Assembly: GCA_000708835.1 (NCBI GenBank)
Contig: DF237269.1
Location: forward strand, 39,061-103,060
Direction of reading: 5' to 3'
Source: Klebsormidium nitens
Lineage: Eukaryota > Plantae > Klebsormidiophyceae
Length of the DNA: 64,000 nucleotides
Position numbers and translations under genes: made by a program. The notes under the pieces are model-generated. The model did not search any database. It was given only the letters and a program-made list of their open reading frames with translations, and had not been told where the DNA came from. Below are positions 1 through 12,749 of this stretch, one piece after another. The stretch's first letter is position 1. Each line of letters begins with the position of its first letter.

Positions 1-100
1 ACGTCGCCTCCCGGCCCTATAATCTCTCAACTTCCTCGTACGTTCACAATGCAAAGCACGCCCAACGTCACCCTGACGTCAGCAACGCATTTTCCCGCAG

Positions 101-3100
101 GCCCTGCACTACGACGTCCGCCGCGGCCCGCACAGCGTGGGCGCCCACGTGCGGGACGCGGCCGCGTACGTGTGCTGGGCGTTCGTGCGCGCGTACACGC
201 CTGACGTCATGGCCGCCCCGCTGCGCCAGCTGGCGCCCGCGCTGCTCACCGTCGCCTGCTATGACCGGGAGGTGAGGTTGTGAAGTGCTCATTTTCCAGC
301 TGGAACAGTCCTGGGTACTAGGTTTCTAGATGACGGTTAGTAGGTTACCATATTGATCTCAAGCATTAGTTTTCGGGTGTTAGGATTTGATCAATTGAGA
401 CTGCAAAAACTGCTTGCTCAGAAACCTTCTTACGGACCTGATGATGGAACCTTTTCCGAGTGAGGAGTGTGCTAGTCCGATCACTATCACCCGCTGTGAC
501 CGCGAAGTGAGGTTCGGCCAAAACTGTACGATCCGGTGACAAAACAGTATAACAAACGCTGGCTTCAAATGCAAGTTTGTTTTCTGCTCGGCAGGTTGCA
601 CAGATTCGTGGGCTTCACTGGTTTCGCAAGAATTCGGCGGTGCAGGTCATTTTGAGGCATTGTGAGAATCACTTCCGGTTGCAAAGGTCATGATATATCT
701 CCTTGTACCAACAAGAGCCGCGCAGCTATGCGGAATTTCCACTATTGCCTGCCTTTGTTCCCACAGCATCTTCGACTTCTGCTTTTGTTTGCATAGGAGG
801 TTTGGACATCTATCTAGAGCGAGTCTGCCGCCGTCAATTCTGTTCCTCGTCTCAAAGGGACGGCTGCAGCAGGCGCTCTTGGACAGGAGTCACCTATTCT
901 TCAAATCTCGAGCCCCTTAACCTCGCACACAAGATGTTGTTTTCGACGGAGTTTTCCCACAGAGGCGGGGAGTATGGTATATCGTCAATTCCGTGAATTT
1001 CGCACCAAATGAATTGCAGACTGGCCGTGCAGCATCTTGAGAGTTTAAGGTGCCCAAGGATTCGTTTTCTCAAAGCTCATAACTGTGAATTGAATTTTCT
1101 AGTCCCCTGATCCACCGCTCGTCTTGTTTCCAGGTCAACTGCCGCCGCGCAGCTGCGGCAGCGTTCCAAGAGGCGGTCGGCCGCCAGGGCAACTTCGCGC
1201 ACGGGATCGAGATCGTGCAAAGGGCGGACTACTTTTCGTTAGGAACGCGGGCGCACGCCTACAAGCACGTGGCGCCCTTCGTGGCGCAGTTTGAGGAGTA
1301 CCGGCAGCCGCTGATCGACCACGTGATGGCGACCAAGATCAACCACTGGGTAAGAAAGTGGACAACTCGAAAGATTCGCCCGGACACTGAGGGGATCGAA
1401 AGATGTTGCTGTGCTGATGTTTGTAAACCGGCTTGATACCTGTTATCGTGCTGAAACTGGCTACTGAGCCGGCTTAAGGCGTTGAGGCCTTCAAAAATGG
1501 AGCGTAAAAATGGTAAAGACCACTTCTGGAAGGTTTCTTGATCTGCGTAGTGAGCATGCCGTCCGGCTATGGTAACAAGCTTAATCTCATACAACGAGGA
1601 CCGCTATTCTAATGTTCTGGCGTCCTTTCAGCACAGAAGCGAGCCCGCATGTAAAAGTCGGTATTTTCTGCTTCCTAATTCCCTGTCAAAGTAGCACTTT
1701 GTAAAGAAAGTAACAATGGCTTCCGCAGCACAAGCGTCGGAGGGACGTGATGTACCACATTATCATCAGCTCGAAAGATCGGAAGCTTTTATCCTAGCAG
1801 TGATAGGAAAGGTACGGAGCCTCATCGCCTTGTGGTTTCAGCCGATACCCCTTGTCTGCTTGACAACAACCGTTCGAAAACAAGTGTAACAAGCGGGAAG
1901 GGTTCTCTTTTTGAATGGACTCAAAAATCACACGCTCCCAACTTTGCTGTCCAGGAGAAGGCGCTCCGCGAGCTGGCGGCGGAAGCCCTCGCGCTTCTAG
2001 TTCCCCGCGATCCCGCCCTTTTCACCCTCAAGATTCTCCTACAGCTAGTTGCGTCCACGCTCTCGGCCGACCTGCCGCAAAGGCACGGGGCTACGCTGGC
2101 AGTCGGGGAGGTGCTGGTCGCGTTGAAGGCTGCTCACGTCGAGCTGACGTCAGGCATGTTGGCTACTGGTGCTTGAGTTTTCTTACTGCCCATTCGAGGT
2201 ACAGTGTTCTTAAGCGTGATAAAGGCTTCTCTGCCGCGAGCTGATGTGAATGGAGATCCGCCGCTGGAAGAGGCACGGCGTCTCTCTGTGTTGTGGTTGG
2301 CAGAAGGCTCCGAGCAAGGCTTTGAGAATCGTGGCCGAAGAAAGCAAGCGTTGAGTATGCTCTTTGGGGACGCTTTAAGGATGTTGGCCTTTTTCATGAA
2401 GGGGCTATGGGAAAGAATGCAGAACCGTTTCAAAGATGCAAGAATCGACCGCGTCAGTGAAGAACCAAATTGAATAATAGAGTAGGGTGTTAGCCAAGCT
2501 TTTCCTCCTGCTAAGAGAAGGTCCTTAGGATACTCATGTCAACTTATCTAAGTTGGGTCATCTGAAACTTACCTGCTGGTATCTCTACCAGAGATGCAAG
2601 CGTCGGTTGGCGGTGTGGTTCCCGCAATTGAGAAAGCGCGGCTGTACCGTGGCAAGGGCGGGGAGATGATGCGCGGCGCCGTGTGCCGGCTCATCGAGCG
2701 AACCGCCCACGTGGGCCTGCCGCTGCCGATCAAAACGCTCAAGCTGCTCGAGGGGTCGATTCTGGACAACTTGCAGCACCCGACGCCGGATATTCAGGTG
2801 AGAAAGACGGCCGATCACTTTAGCCTTTGTTCGGGGTAGCGCGCTAATTGTCCGACCATCGTATTTGTCTCAATTCGATCGTTCTGTCGTTCTGTGGTTG
2901 GCGTTCTGCTTTTGTTTTGCTTGCTGGCGTGTTTAGAAAGCTGATTTAAAGCCAAGGCGGGAAAGGAGAGGTGATCCAGTTTTTGAACTGAAAGGTGGTG
3001 TTGTTTCGCTTTGGGGCTGCACGTTCGTGGCGTCCCTGATGGTTTAGCAAGGGACTGGCAGAGATGGTCTTCCTGGATGCTCCCCATCTCAGACATGAAG

Positions 3101-6100
3101 CTCAAGAAAGATAAGTAAGCCCATGAAAATAAGCCTCGACTAGGCACTTGAAAACTCCAACCCAAAAGATACCTGCTCACACCTACCCACCCTAACCACC
3201 AAAGTAACCCTACCCGTCCCAGTGCGGTTCCCTTACTATCATCTCGGCTTATTATCATCATTTCTCATGAGGTCAACGTCTCAAATGATGAGAGGATCCT
3301 TTCTCAAACCAAGTGTTGCTAACTGACGGCCTAAATAGGGTCGTCCAGATCCAATCTGGACGCCTGTGACTCCGTCCACTTAGCAGAATACACGACCCTG
3401 AGTCTCGACACCTAGCCAATCTCATTCTTGACAACTTTTGTTTCTGATAGTCAACCAATTTTTATTCTCGACAGCTAACCAACTTTATTCTTCCCCACAG
3501 GCCTCAGCCGCGTCCGCTCTGTCCGCTTTCGCCGCCGCCTACCTCCTCCCCTCCAAACCCGAGCGGGTTAACCGAACCACGCTCAAATACGCTGCCATCA
3601 TCCGGGACGACCCAAACCCCGCGGCCAAGCGCGGATGCGCGCTCGCTCTCGGCGCCCTGCCCAAACCCTTACTAAATCCCGTCTGGAAAGAGGTTCTGGA
3701 CACGCTGTGTGGGGCGACCGTTCTGCAGGCGAACCCCGAGGAAAGGGACGCCGAGACGCGGGTTAACGCGGTTAGGGCGCTGGCAGTTGTGTGCGAAACC
3801 CTGGGGTTAGAGACGCGGGAAAACGGGTCGATGCCTGTGAGTACATCGGGGTCTCAAAACGAGTCAGGAACTCAGTCGGTGGCAGGAACGGTCAATGGAA
3901 ACCCTGATGGCCAAAAACGAGAGACTTTGGCACTGGGGGAAAGTAGCACTCAAAGGGAAGACTCGGGTCTGCCAGTTGGTGTCGTGTCGGGCCAGGTTAT
4001 GGAGCATCTTTTGGCAGCGTTGGACGATTACGCAACTGACAACCGGGGTGACGTCGGGTCATGGGTTCGGGAGGCAGCTATGGAATCAATTGAGAAGGTG
4101 ACGTATCTTTTGTGCCACGTGGCGGCATCAGAAACCTGCCACGTGGCAGGCGGAGAGGCTGTAAAAGAAATAGACGAGAACGGCTTCAGTACGTCTGGTT
4201 CCGGGAAAGAGGTTAAATGTAACGGGGACGCATTCACACCGGAGTTAGCGGCGCGGGTTATTGCCGGGTTAGCGAAACAGGCGGCCGAGAAGATTGACCG
4301 GGTGAGGAACGTGGCGGGGAGCGTTCTGCAGCGACTATTGGCCCGGAGCAATCCACCGGTCGCTGCAATTCCGCACGGGGGGGTTCTGCGGGGGATCATA
4401 CCCGCAGACGCAGTCATCAACTGGGCGGTGAGTACAGAGTGTAGATATCTGGAGAAGTGTGTGTTTTGTCCAGCTTTGGCGGTCCTTGTGCATTCAGAAA
4501 GAGTGCTTATGCATCATTGGTTCGTCTAGACCCAGATGCGCTAAAAGAGGCATCTCGGTTTTCACTGGTCGTGCTGCCAATATCACGGCTTGGCAGTTAT
4601 AGGTATCCTTGGGTTTCCGTCAACCCTGAAAGGGTTATTGCATAAATCAAATTTCTCCGATAGTTAGCCGTTCGTCAACTTGAATAGGGACCGGGATGAG
4701 TGCCCCATACAAGGAGATTGTTCTTCTTGATCCTTCTTCGTTGATGTGGTCAAGACCTTTCTTTCTCGGCAAACCTTGCGAATTCAAACATGAAGATCGG
4801 TAAATGTGGGCGTCTCTTTCTCGACGGAAGCATACTTGTTTGTGGAAAAGCATATTGCGGCCTGCCAATCGGATCTTCCTCTGGTTCCGCTGCAGGTCCC
4901 CAGCCAGACCTTTCCCCTCACTGTCCAGCTCCTCGCCTTCCGCCCCTTCCGCTCCGCTCTCCTGGCCGGACTCGTCATTTCCGTGGGCGGACTGGCGGAC
5001 TCTCTCGGAAAGGCGTCCGCATCGGCGCTACTCGACTTCCTGCAGACACGTGGCAGCATCCAGTTGGACGAAGCCGACAGGGGAGACTCGGGAGAGGAGT
5101 TGCTGAACGGTTTTGCGGACGCTTTCAAGGGCCTCTTCGATTCGGACGCTGGTTTGGATCGCGTTATCGTTCCTGCGCTTAAGGTACGAAGGCTTCCTGG
5201 ATCTGGTCTCGCTGACGTTGGCGCATGCCAGATTGACCTAAGCATGCCTGGTTTGAGCAATTTGAACGAAGGCTGTTGATAGAATCCCTTCACCGTCGCT
5301 AGATTTCCTCTAAAGTTTCAAAGATTGCTTTTTCAATCTCAGAGTTACCCAGGCTTTGAGAAACTCCGAGTTTGGACTGTAGAGGAAAATTGTTCGACAA
5401 GCTGAATAGGCTGCTTTGCGGTTGATATTACACCTTACATCTTTCCCAATTCCCTTGTTGCTGCAGACTCTGGCCATCCTTTTGGAGGATCGAACGCTCC
5501 AGAAGCTGCAGGTTAGTATCCTCTTGACGTCAGCCCTTCGTACGATGCGTCATGCGACTGATCGTCTTTCTCCAGCTCTCCGCTCTGATACTCTCGTTTG
5601 CCTGATGTCCACGCACCTATTCTCCCGCGGTTGCATCGAAGCCTTTGCATCTCCAATGTGTTACATGCAACTTCTCTAATACAAATAAAGAAATCTTTTT
5701 TGCAAGTCCTCTGGGTAGACTTGGTTTCCTCTTTGCCTCCAACTCCATTTTCATGGCGGCGTCTTTGTCATTCCCTTCGGTGCGCGTTTGCCATTCTTCT
5801 TTCCCCGTCCAGCATATTGCGTGTGCGGAGTATAACCTCGTCTCTCCTTCGGCCTCGTAATGCCTGCGCTCGTCGGCTCTATTTTTTTGTACACTCTGCT
5901 AAAGAAGTAGGTCATCAGATCCACGACGGTCTGATCAGGAAAATAAGAGCCAGGGATATTCCGCTTTCTACTAACACCACAAACCTAATCCAACACTTCA
6001 CCCTCTCTGCGGCCGTTCCCACCTTAAACCCCCAAAGTCACCCCAATCGTCCCAGGCTGGGGAGCTTATCACTCCTGCCGCTTATCATCCCTGTTTTAGA

Positions 6101-7745
6101 CCCTCACGTCAGGTTCCCAGCCGCAATACCTAAACCTCCCGAGTCCTTTCTCCGTCCAGCTCCCCGCCAAGCTCCACGCCCGGGGCATCCTCGACTCAGT
6201 CGGAACAGAGCTCCGGGGTTGCAAAGACATCCCCAAGCTGCTCGCCGGAGTCGACGTCCTGTGCAGCTTCGCCCGGTTGCCGGACCCCGACCGCTCGGCC
6301 GCTCTGCAACAGCTGCTGGGACTCCTCGGTAACCGATACCCGAAGGTGGGCTTGCGTCTCCGTTCCGCTTCCGCCCCCTTCGTTCCGATTCGTTCCGTTC
6401 TCTTGCGGATCCGTTCCTTCTTTTCCGCTTTTGTCCTAACTCCGGCCGCTTGAGCAGCTGCTGGGACTGCTCGGTAACCGGTACCCAAAGGTGGGCTCTC
6501 GTCTCCTTTCCGTTTCCGCTGCCTTTCGTTCCGGTTCCGTTTCTTCTCCCTCCATTCTGGTCCTAAATTCCGCACCGCTTGGGCGCTCTTCAATAGGTGC
6601 TGGAACTGCCCGGTAACTGGTACCCCTAGGTGGGCATTTTCCGCTCCGCTTCCGCTTCTCTTCGTTCCAGTCCGTTCGCTTCCGTTTTCCTTCTGCCCGT
6701 CTTCTTGTCCGTCTTCTTGTTCCGGGCCCATGCTGGGTCTTCGGATTATCTTTTCTGGTTCTACTCCGCGTTCGCTCCATCTTCCGGTCCCGGTTCGCAT
6801 ATTGGCTGCTGAATGTGCAGAAGTTTACATTATTACCAGTCTAGCCGCTGTGCATATTGTAGACGACGAACAAGGAGTTCACTTTTTGCCAACCTCCTAT
6901 CGATTGTACTCTTGGATCAGGTTGCCATCGCCAATTCCAAGGATAAGCGGAACGATCCTGGATGTGGAATTGGTATTTGTTCAATAGTTGTTGCAACCGG
7001 TCGGAAGTATTGGACCCGTTTAGCGAGTTGGCTGTACGTCTTGGTAATGTGCAGCATTGATAGCAGCCACAATCGGGTCCCCGTATCCATTCCCCGGAGT
7101 TCTTTCTGTTCATTAAAGGCCTGTTGCAATTCATTATCTCACGTTGCGCATATTTTCAGAGACGGACAGAATCCCATGTTGCGCATATTTTCGGAGACGA
7201 ATAGAATCCCCGGGGTGCATAGCAGAAAGAAGACGATGAAAAGTGAGCATGTCGAAGAGCGCATCAGTCCAGAAGTGTCGCTAACGGAAGGAAATTTTCA
7301 AAGGCTGCAGCCGAGATTGCTTATGCAGTCAGGTCTAGCGGAAGCCGTTCGGAACCAAGGCGGCCATTAGCAAGCCATCATTTTCTCCTGGCAGGTTCGA
7401 ATGCAATGCGCGGAGAAGCTGTATGACCTGCTTTACATCGAAGACTTGACGAGAGCTGAAGAGATTGCGGAGAGTCTTCCGGCTGGCCCGGAACAAGAAG
7501 CGTTGAGGTCTAGAATAGCGGACTTAGAAGCGGCCTGCGACCTGCTTTTGGAAACCAAGTGGAGCTCTCCGGTAAACGAGATCAAGGATAAAAGAGACGG
7601 CTTGTTTTGTTTGTTGAAAGTGGAAAAGCCGGTAGCTGTGGTGGGGAGTGTAGCAGCATCGGCCGGGGTTCGGAGGAAAGTGGAGGTAAAGTTTAGAGAT
7701 GAGAATGAGACTTACGGAGCATTGGTTGATGACGCAGGGTACTAG
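101..7745 (+). CDS. TBCD: Tubulin-folding cofactor D (TBCD/TITAN1-like), 5' part outside the window; 8 exons here
   Basis: Exons 101-271, 1134-1349, 1955-2153, 2592-2797, 3501-4427, 4896-5183, 5467-5511, 6160-6345 and 7395-7745 (9 in total including the terminal exon) join in frame. Peptides typical of TBCD: [119 protein letters not shown]; C-terminus [15 protein letters not shown]. Confidence 0.95.
6307..6760 (+). repeat. Three tandem ~140-nt units, each containing the 3' end of a TBCD exon, the GTGGGC donor and a (TTCCG)-rich tract
   Basis: Donor-like GTGGGC at 6346, 6491 and 6630, preceded by ggtaaccgatacccgaag, ggtaaccggtacccaaag and ggtaactggtacccctag respectively (periods 145 and 139 nt). 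Confidence 0.9.
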
Positions 7746-8394
7746 GAAACGTTGTTGATGAAAGAGTCTTTGCGCCTGCAAATGAATCAAATTACATGCA
7801 TCGAAGTGCATCTTACAGTTCATGATGTAGTACCTGCATGCGATTCTTACCACGTTGAGGTACCATGAAAGCTCCTAACAATGTTGCACTACTCTAAGGC
7901 TTGGAGTCTGTGGCGACCGCAGCATATTCCTATGGAATGAGTATCAACAAATCCAACGTGTGGAGGTCGATCACCATTGGTGATGTATAACTCATGAGAG
8001 CAAAGTTAGCAGAAATTTAGAGTACGTAGAGCATGCAGCCCATGACATTGCAATACTTTCTTAAGGAGCATGGCATGTGGTGATCTTATGAGGATTTGGC
8101 TTTAGTATTCAATGCGCATGTGGTGTGCCGCATATGAGCAGGAGGTTTCCAATGCTGCAGTGCGTTACAAGCTATCGCGCTATGGCAAGTTCTTTTCTTC
8201 TAACCATGTTTAGATAGTTGCATGCGATAACTAAGGTCGCGACGAGCCTAATGCGTTTCAAAAAGTGTAAACAGGCACTCACACCAATATGATCGTCTCA
8301 CACTCGAAGGTTTTGAAGAAGCACACTTTTGCGCATTTTCTGGCATTCATGTCTGCGCGGCTGCTGTCCGATCATCTTTTACGCGCCGCGCGCA

Positions 8395-8741
8395 TACAGT
8401 TATGGACGGTTTGGCGCGGCCCGGGACTCGAGTCTAGAGCGGCCGCGCTGACATAAGGAGCCGTCGGAAGCCGCCGGGTATACCCGAGTCGGACCGACGT
8501 GCGCCGCCGTACAAGAAGTATTTGGTACGGTAAAATCAAGACTCGGTATGGCGGGTATCCTGATGTCTAGGTTTCTACGGCCTGGATTCGACTGCTCGAC
8601 CGACGGACGGCGGGCCAGGAACAAACAATTACGGGACTCGGCGCCGGCGGACGTTTTTAAGAAAAAGTACGTTTGTGCGACAGCTTCACGCGAACGAACC
8701 ACACCTGGTCCCTGCATGGGCAATACAGTAGCACTACTGTA
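8395..8741. other. Intergenic CpG-rich segment dense in palindromes and inverted repeats; possible non-autonomous element remnant
   Basis: gcgcggcc...ggccgcgc flanks gactcgagtc. Also present: the 12-bp palindrome cgggtatacccg, ccgtac/gtacgg, five GACTCG/CGAGTC copies, and the terminal hairpin tacagtag-ca-ctactgta (8724-8741). No long TIR or transposase. Confidence 0.4.
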
Positions 8742-10281
8742 GGCTGCACGATCACTGGTACCTACCTATCCTTTTAATCAGCTCACAACGTGGTGTTCTA
8801 AAGTGTCCTTAGTACCTAGCTTTCCATTTCCTCGGGTCCATTTTCCGGTAAACACGCTGCCGCCAAGTTGATCATTGAACATTCGAGCCGCGGTGCTCAT
8901 TCCGTTGCTGCCCCACCGCAGGCTTTCAGTTTCACGAGCACGGACGCTCATATACCGTATATATAATTGCCGTAGTACTCATGGGCCTCATGCTGATCAT
9001 ACTCTCTTCTTCAAGACCACGTCAAGCTGGACAGAGGCCCTTGAAAAGCACTGAGCAATCTTTTGTGCCAAAGCACTTAGGTAGTACCAGATTCGCAGTA
9101 CTGCCTTGAGCGCACACTTACAGTACCTACGATCGTGTACTTTTAGGGATCAGCCAAAGGCGGCTCCCCTAACTTCAAAAGCTGCAAAATGCGGAGGCGC
9201 TTTCTTCAGGCGCTTTTAAGGGGACGCACCTGTTGTGAAGGCGCGCCCTCAAGCTGCTGCTCTAATGATAGAAATTCTCACAGCATTGCAGATCAGGTCG
9301 AGCCTCAAGATAATCCCGTCCTGATCAGTGCAGCTAGTACAAGACGGTCTTGATAGACATCGCTTGGGCGACAATTAAATCATTACAAGTTCTAATCCTC
9401 TGAAAAATAATATCCTGGGCCGCCCTCAACCCAATGCCATCAAACGCTCGTGACATGAATCCGAAACGGTCTCCCCAGATGAGCTGGCAACTCAGTACAA
9501 GCCTAAATTCTGCTCGTCAGTGCATGCAATGCCGTCGAATGCAGTACTTTTTTGCCGACAGTTACCTTCCGTCAGGCCAGGAATGCCGCCTCCCAGTCAC
9601 GCGGCACATTCAAGTCTACATGCACGAGCCCTAGCATTGGAGAAATGACGGTAGACTGTAGGTAAAGCCCAGTCACAGCCGCTTGACTGAGCCCAGGAAT
9701 CGCCACTCCGTGAAAGCTGCCCGCTTTACACGCTGGGGCTGCTTTTAGGATTTCTGGCGGCAGATTCAATACAGTGGCTGACTCTCTGACTGCATTTTCT
9801 CTCGTGTTATCTGATCATCCAAAGCGAAAGGAAGATCGTCAGATGTGCAAAACGAGGAAGATCAACAGATCAGTTGTGACAGCCTAGCTTTTTGGGTCCT
9901 TCCTTGCAAGTCCTTTGCCTTTTGAAGGGGGGAAGGACTCCGAATCCCGGCAATATTAGGGGAGTTATCAGCCTGAGATAGATCTGTTGAGATCACAACA
10001 TTGCAAGGGGGGAAAAGGACGCAGAAAGAAACAAGATAAGGAGAGGGTTGGGCTGAGACCCATTTTGCATAGGGCTTTCAGAAGGGAAAGAGCAGCAGAG
10101 GGCTACGACAGGGCAGCATTGGCAGGGAGCCTTTGCAAGCCGCATCTGGTTCTCATTTTCTGCATGAACAACGTGAGGCCTGGATTACAAGCAAGCAAAG
10201 CAGCATCAGCATCGGCAGGGTTTCTCTGTGAGGAAACTTTCTGGGGGGCCCTGTAAAGGGATCCGCTGCCCTCTTGCAACC

Positions 10282-12749
10282 ATGGCTCCCTCAGTGGGTC
10301 TCCTGGTTACCGTTCCCTACGGAGCCTTCTCCCAGGGGGGCGGCGCGGCCCTGGCTAAGACCCCCCCATCGCAGAGCAAACCGCCCTCCTTCCGCTACTC
10401 GTTCTCCGACCAATACCCTCTGCCGGTGAGCAAAGCCCGGTCACGTGCCACGTCAGTAAGCGCCTCCTTCGCTAAGGGGGGGAAGACGTCCACTCCTGCA
10501 GAGCCTGTCTGGAACCCCCCGGCAGAGTCACAGATGTGGTGGGGGGAGAACGAAGGGTTCCCACAAATGGGGGGGTCCGAGCAGGCTCAGGAGGAGCGCG
10601 TGTTGTCCCCCCAGAGGCTGCGGAGGGCGCAGTCTCTGCCAAACGAGAACCCCATTCGGCGGCTTATTAGGGAGGAGTCGCTGAGCAATAAGGACGCGTT
10701 TGTGGACCCGCTTCCGGAGGGGATGCCCGTGCTTATGAGGCATAAGGCGAGGTCGTATACGGTCGGGAGTTCCAACCGGGTGGCCTCAGAGGCGCCCATT
10801 GTGAGGGCGCAATCATTGCCGGCGCGGCTGCTGAAACCCCAGGTTAATCTCATCTCCTCCTCTTTTTGGAAGGTGACACCTGTATGACCTTTCGGTGGGG
10901 GAAGGGGCTCTTGGTTGGCTACATTTTACGGAACTGAATAGAATGCTGGGCATCTTTCCTGTTGGGATTCATGCAACAGATATTTGGCTTCATTCAGAGC
11001 AAGGTGGGTTTGGACGAAGGCAGCATGAGGCTTTTGCAGGGATACTCTACTTGCCCTGTCAGATACGATTGAGATGCTGACTTTGGAGCAGAGGATGTAA
11101 TGAAGACTTTGAAGCAAGCAGGCGGGAAATTGAGCAGGAACTTCTTTCTGGAAGCTCAAATCGTCTCACAAAGCCAGGCAAATTTATGAAAGTCCACAGT
11201 GTTGGCGTTGAATACGCTTTGCAAATGTCCTTTTCAGTATCCATGAAAGGGAGGGGTCAATATCTATGTAATGAAGCGGTCGATTCAACCCAACGCGTCG
11301 AAAATCGATAGGGTATCGGGTTGGAATTGTTCGCCCAAACACGAGACCTCTTGCGCCCATTGTACGAGCTTCTAAAAGAATGCACGCTGTAAAAACAACA
11401 AGTTGTAAAAAGAGAGCATTGCAAGTTTTGCCTCTAGGTGGTTTGAAAACATTAGGTTATACGGCCGACGACAGGTGTCAACAGGATGGATTGTGAACGT
11501 GGAGAAGCGGAGCAACTAGACTAGGCTCCAGAAGGAGAGGCGTCCAAATTCAAGAGTACCCAAAATAGGAAAGCAAACCACGAGACCCGCTCGTTCTCCG
11601 TGTTCATCGACGTTACGTGATGCCCCTGCAGATGCTGACGTCACTCAAGGAGGAAGAAGCTTTCATCGAAAGGGAGACGGTGGCCGGCGAGCAATGGCCC
11701 GCAGAAGAAGGACACACACTCGCCCGGACCAAATCCTGGGTCCCCGGCGCACCCCTTCCGGGTTTTCCGGCGGCCCCTCAGCCCGGCCCGGTCGCAAACT
11801 CCTCTAGGCGGCCCAGCTACATCTTCCGGTCGGAGAACCGCCGGTCGAGCTTATCCAACGGCGCAGATCTCGCGGCTGGACAGGTGGCGGCATCCCAGCC
11901 GTCGGGCCGGATGAGTTTCACTTATGGAGAGGCCGTTCCCCGAGGCAGGAGAAGGCTGAGCGCGGCGACCTCAAAGCGGTCTTCCCTCAGCCAGAGCGTC
12001 GCCCAAAATGAGACGTTACACGGGTTAGAGAACCGGGTTAGCGACAACGGAAACGGGTTGGGCGCAACGACGATGCGCAGGGCTTCGAGCATAGGGAGAC
12101 GGAGTTCGCTGTCGGTGGCAGGGCCGAGGCCGAGGGATCCCTCTGAATTACTCCAGTCCCTCTCCGAGCAGGTAAGATTTTAGGGCGGCATTCGAACAGC
12201 CAGTGATAATCAACGCTGACACATCGGAGTGAGCAATGATCCGAATGCAATACTCATTTTGTTGGAGTCCCGACCAGTTTCCAATCTCGTTTTAAAGACA
12301 AACCTAATTGCTTCGAAAAACGAGTCGTGAGATTGTCTTGAAGCGACCGACGTGCCGAAAGACTGTGGGACGCTTGGGAGCTCCGAGATAATAAGCGCTC
12401 GTTAAAGCTTCCCCGTGACAGGGGTTGATAAGCTCATTGTGCCCATACGCTTTGCGAACCTGGGCGGCCTGTCTCTGCCAGTACATTGGTGTTCCAATCG
12501 TTCGATGCGTCCTCGTATACTCTCTTTGAATTCCGTCCTTCTCTCCATATTGATGCATGCCGTTCCCTCGTTCTTGATCCAATCATTCCGCCTTGTTGAC
12601 AATTCCGTTTTTGGTCCGTTTCACAGGAGCGCCGGACGGTCGCTCTCCTGTCCGCCGCTATTGGGCTGCAGCTGACGTCAGCCATTGCGGGCGTGCTTGC
12701 GATGGCGACAGTGTCCGCGAGCGGCGCGCGCGCAGTTATGTTCGAGTAG
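10282..12749 (+). CDS. Hypothetical 407-aa Ser/Arg/Pro-rich disordered protein with a C-terminal hydrophobic segment
   Basis: Exons 10282-10842, 11632-12171 and 12627-12749 join at phase 0 with GT/AG boundaries (cccag|gttaat, cctgcag|atg, gagcag|gtaag, tcacag|gag). It ends ERRTVALLSAAIGLQLTSAIAGVLAMATVSASGARAVMFE*. No family recognised. Confidence 0.75.
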
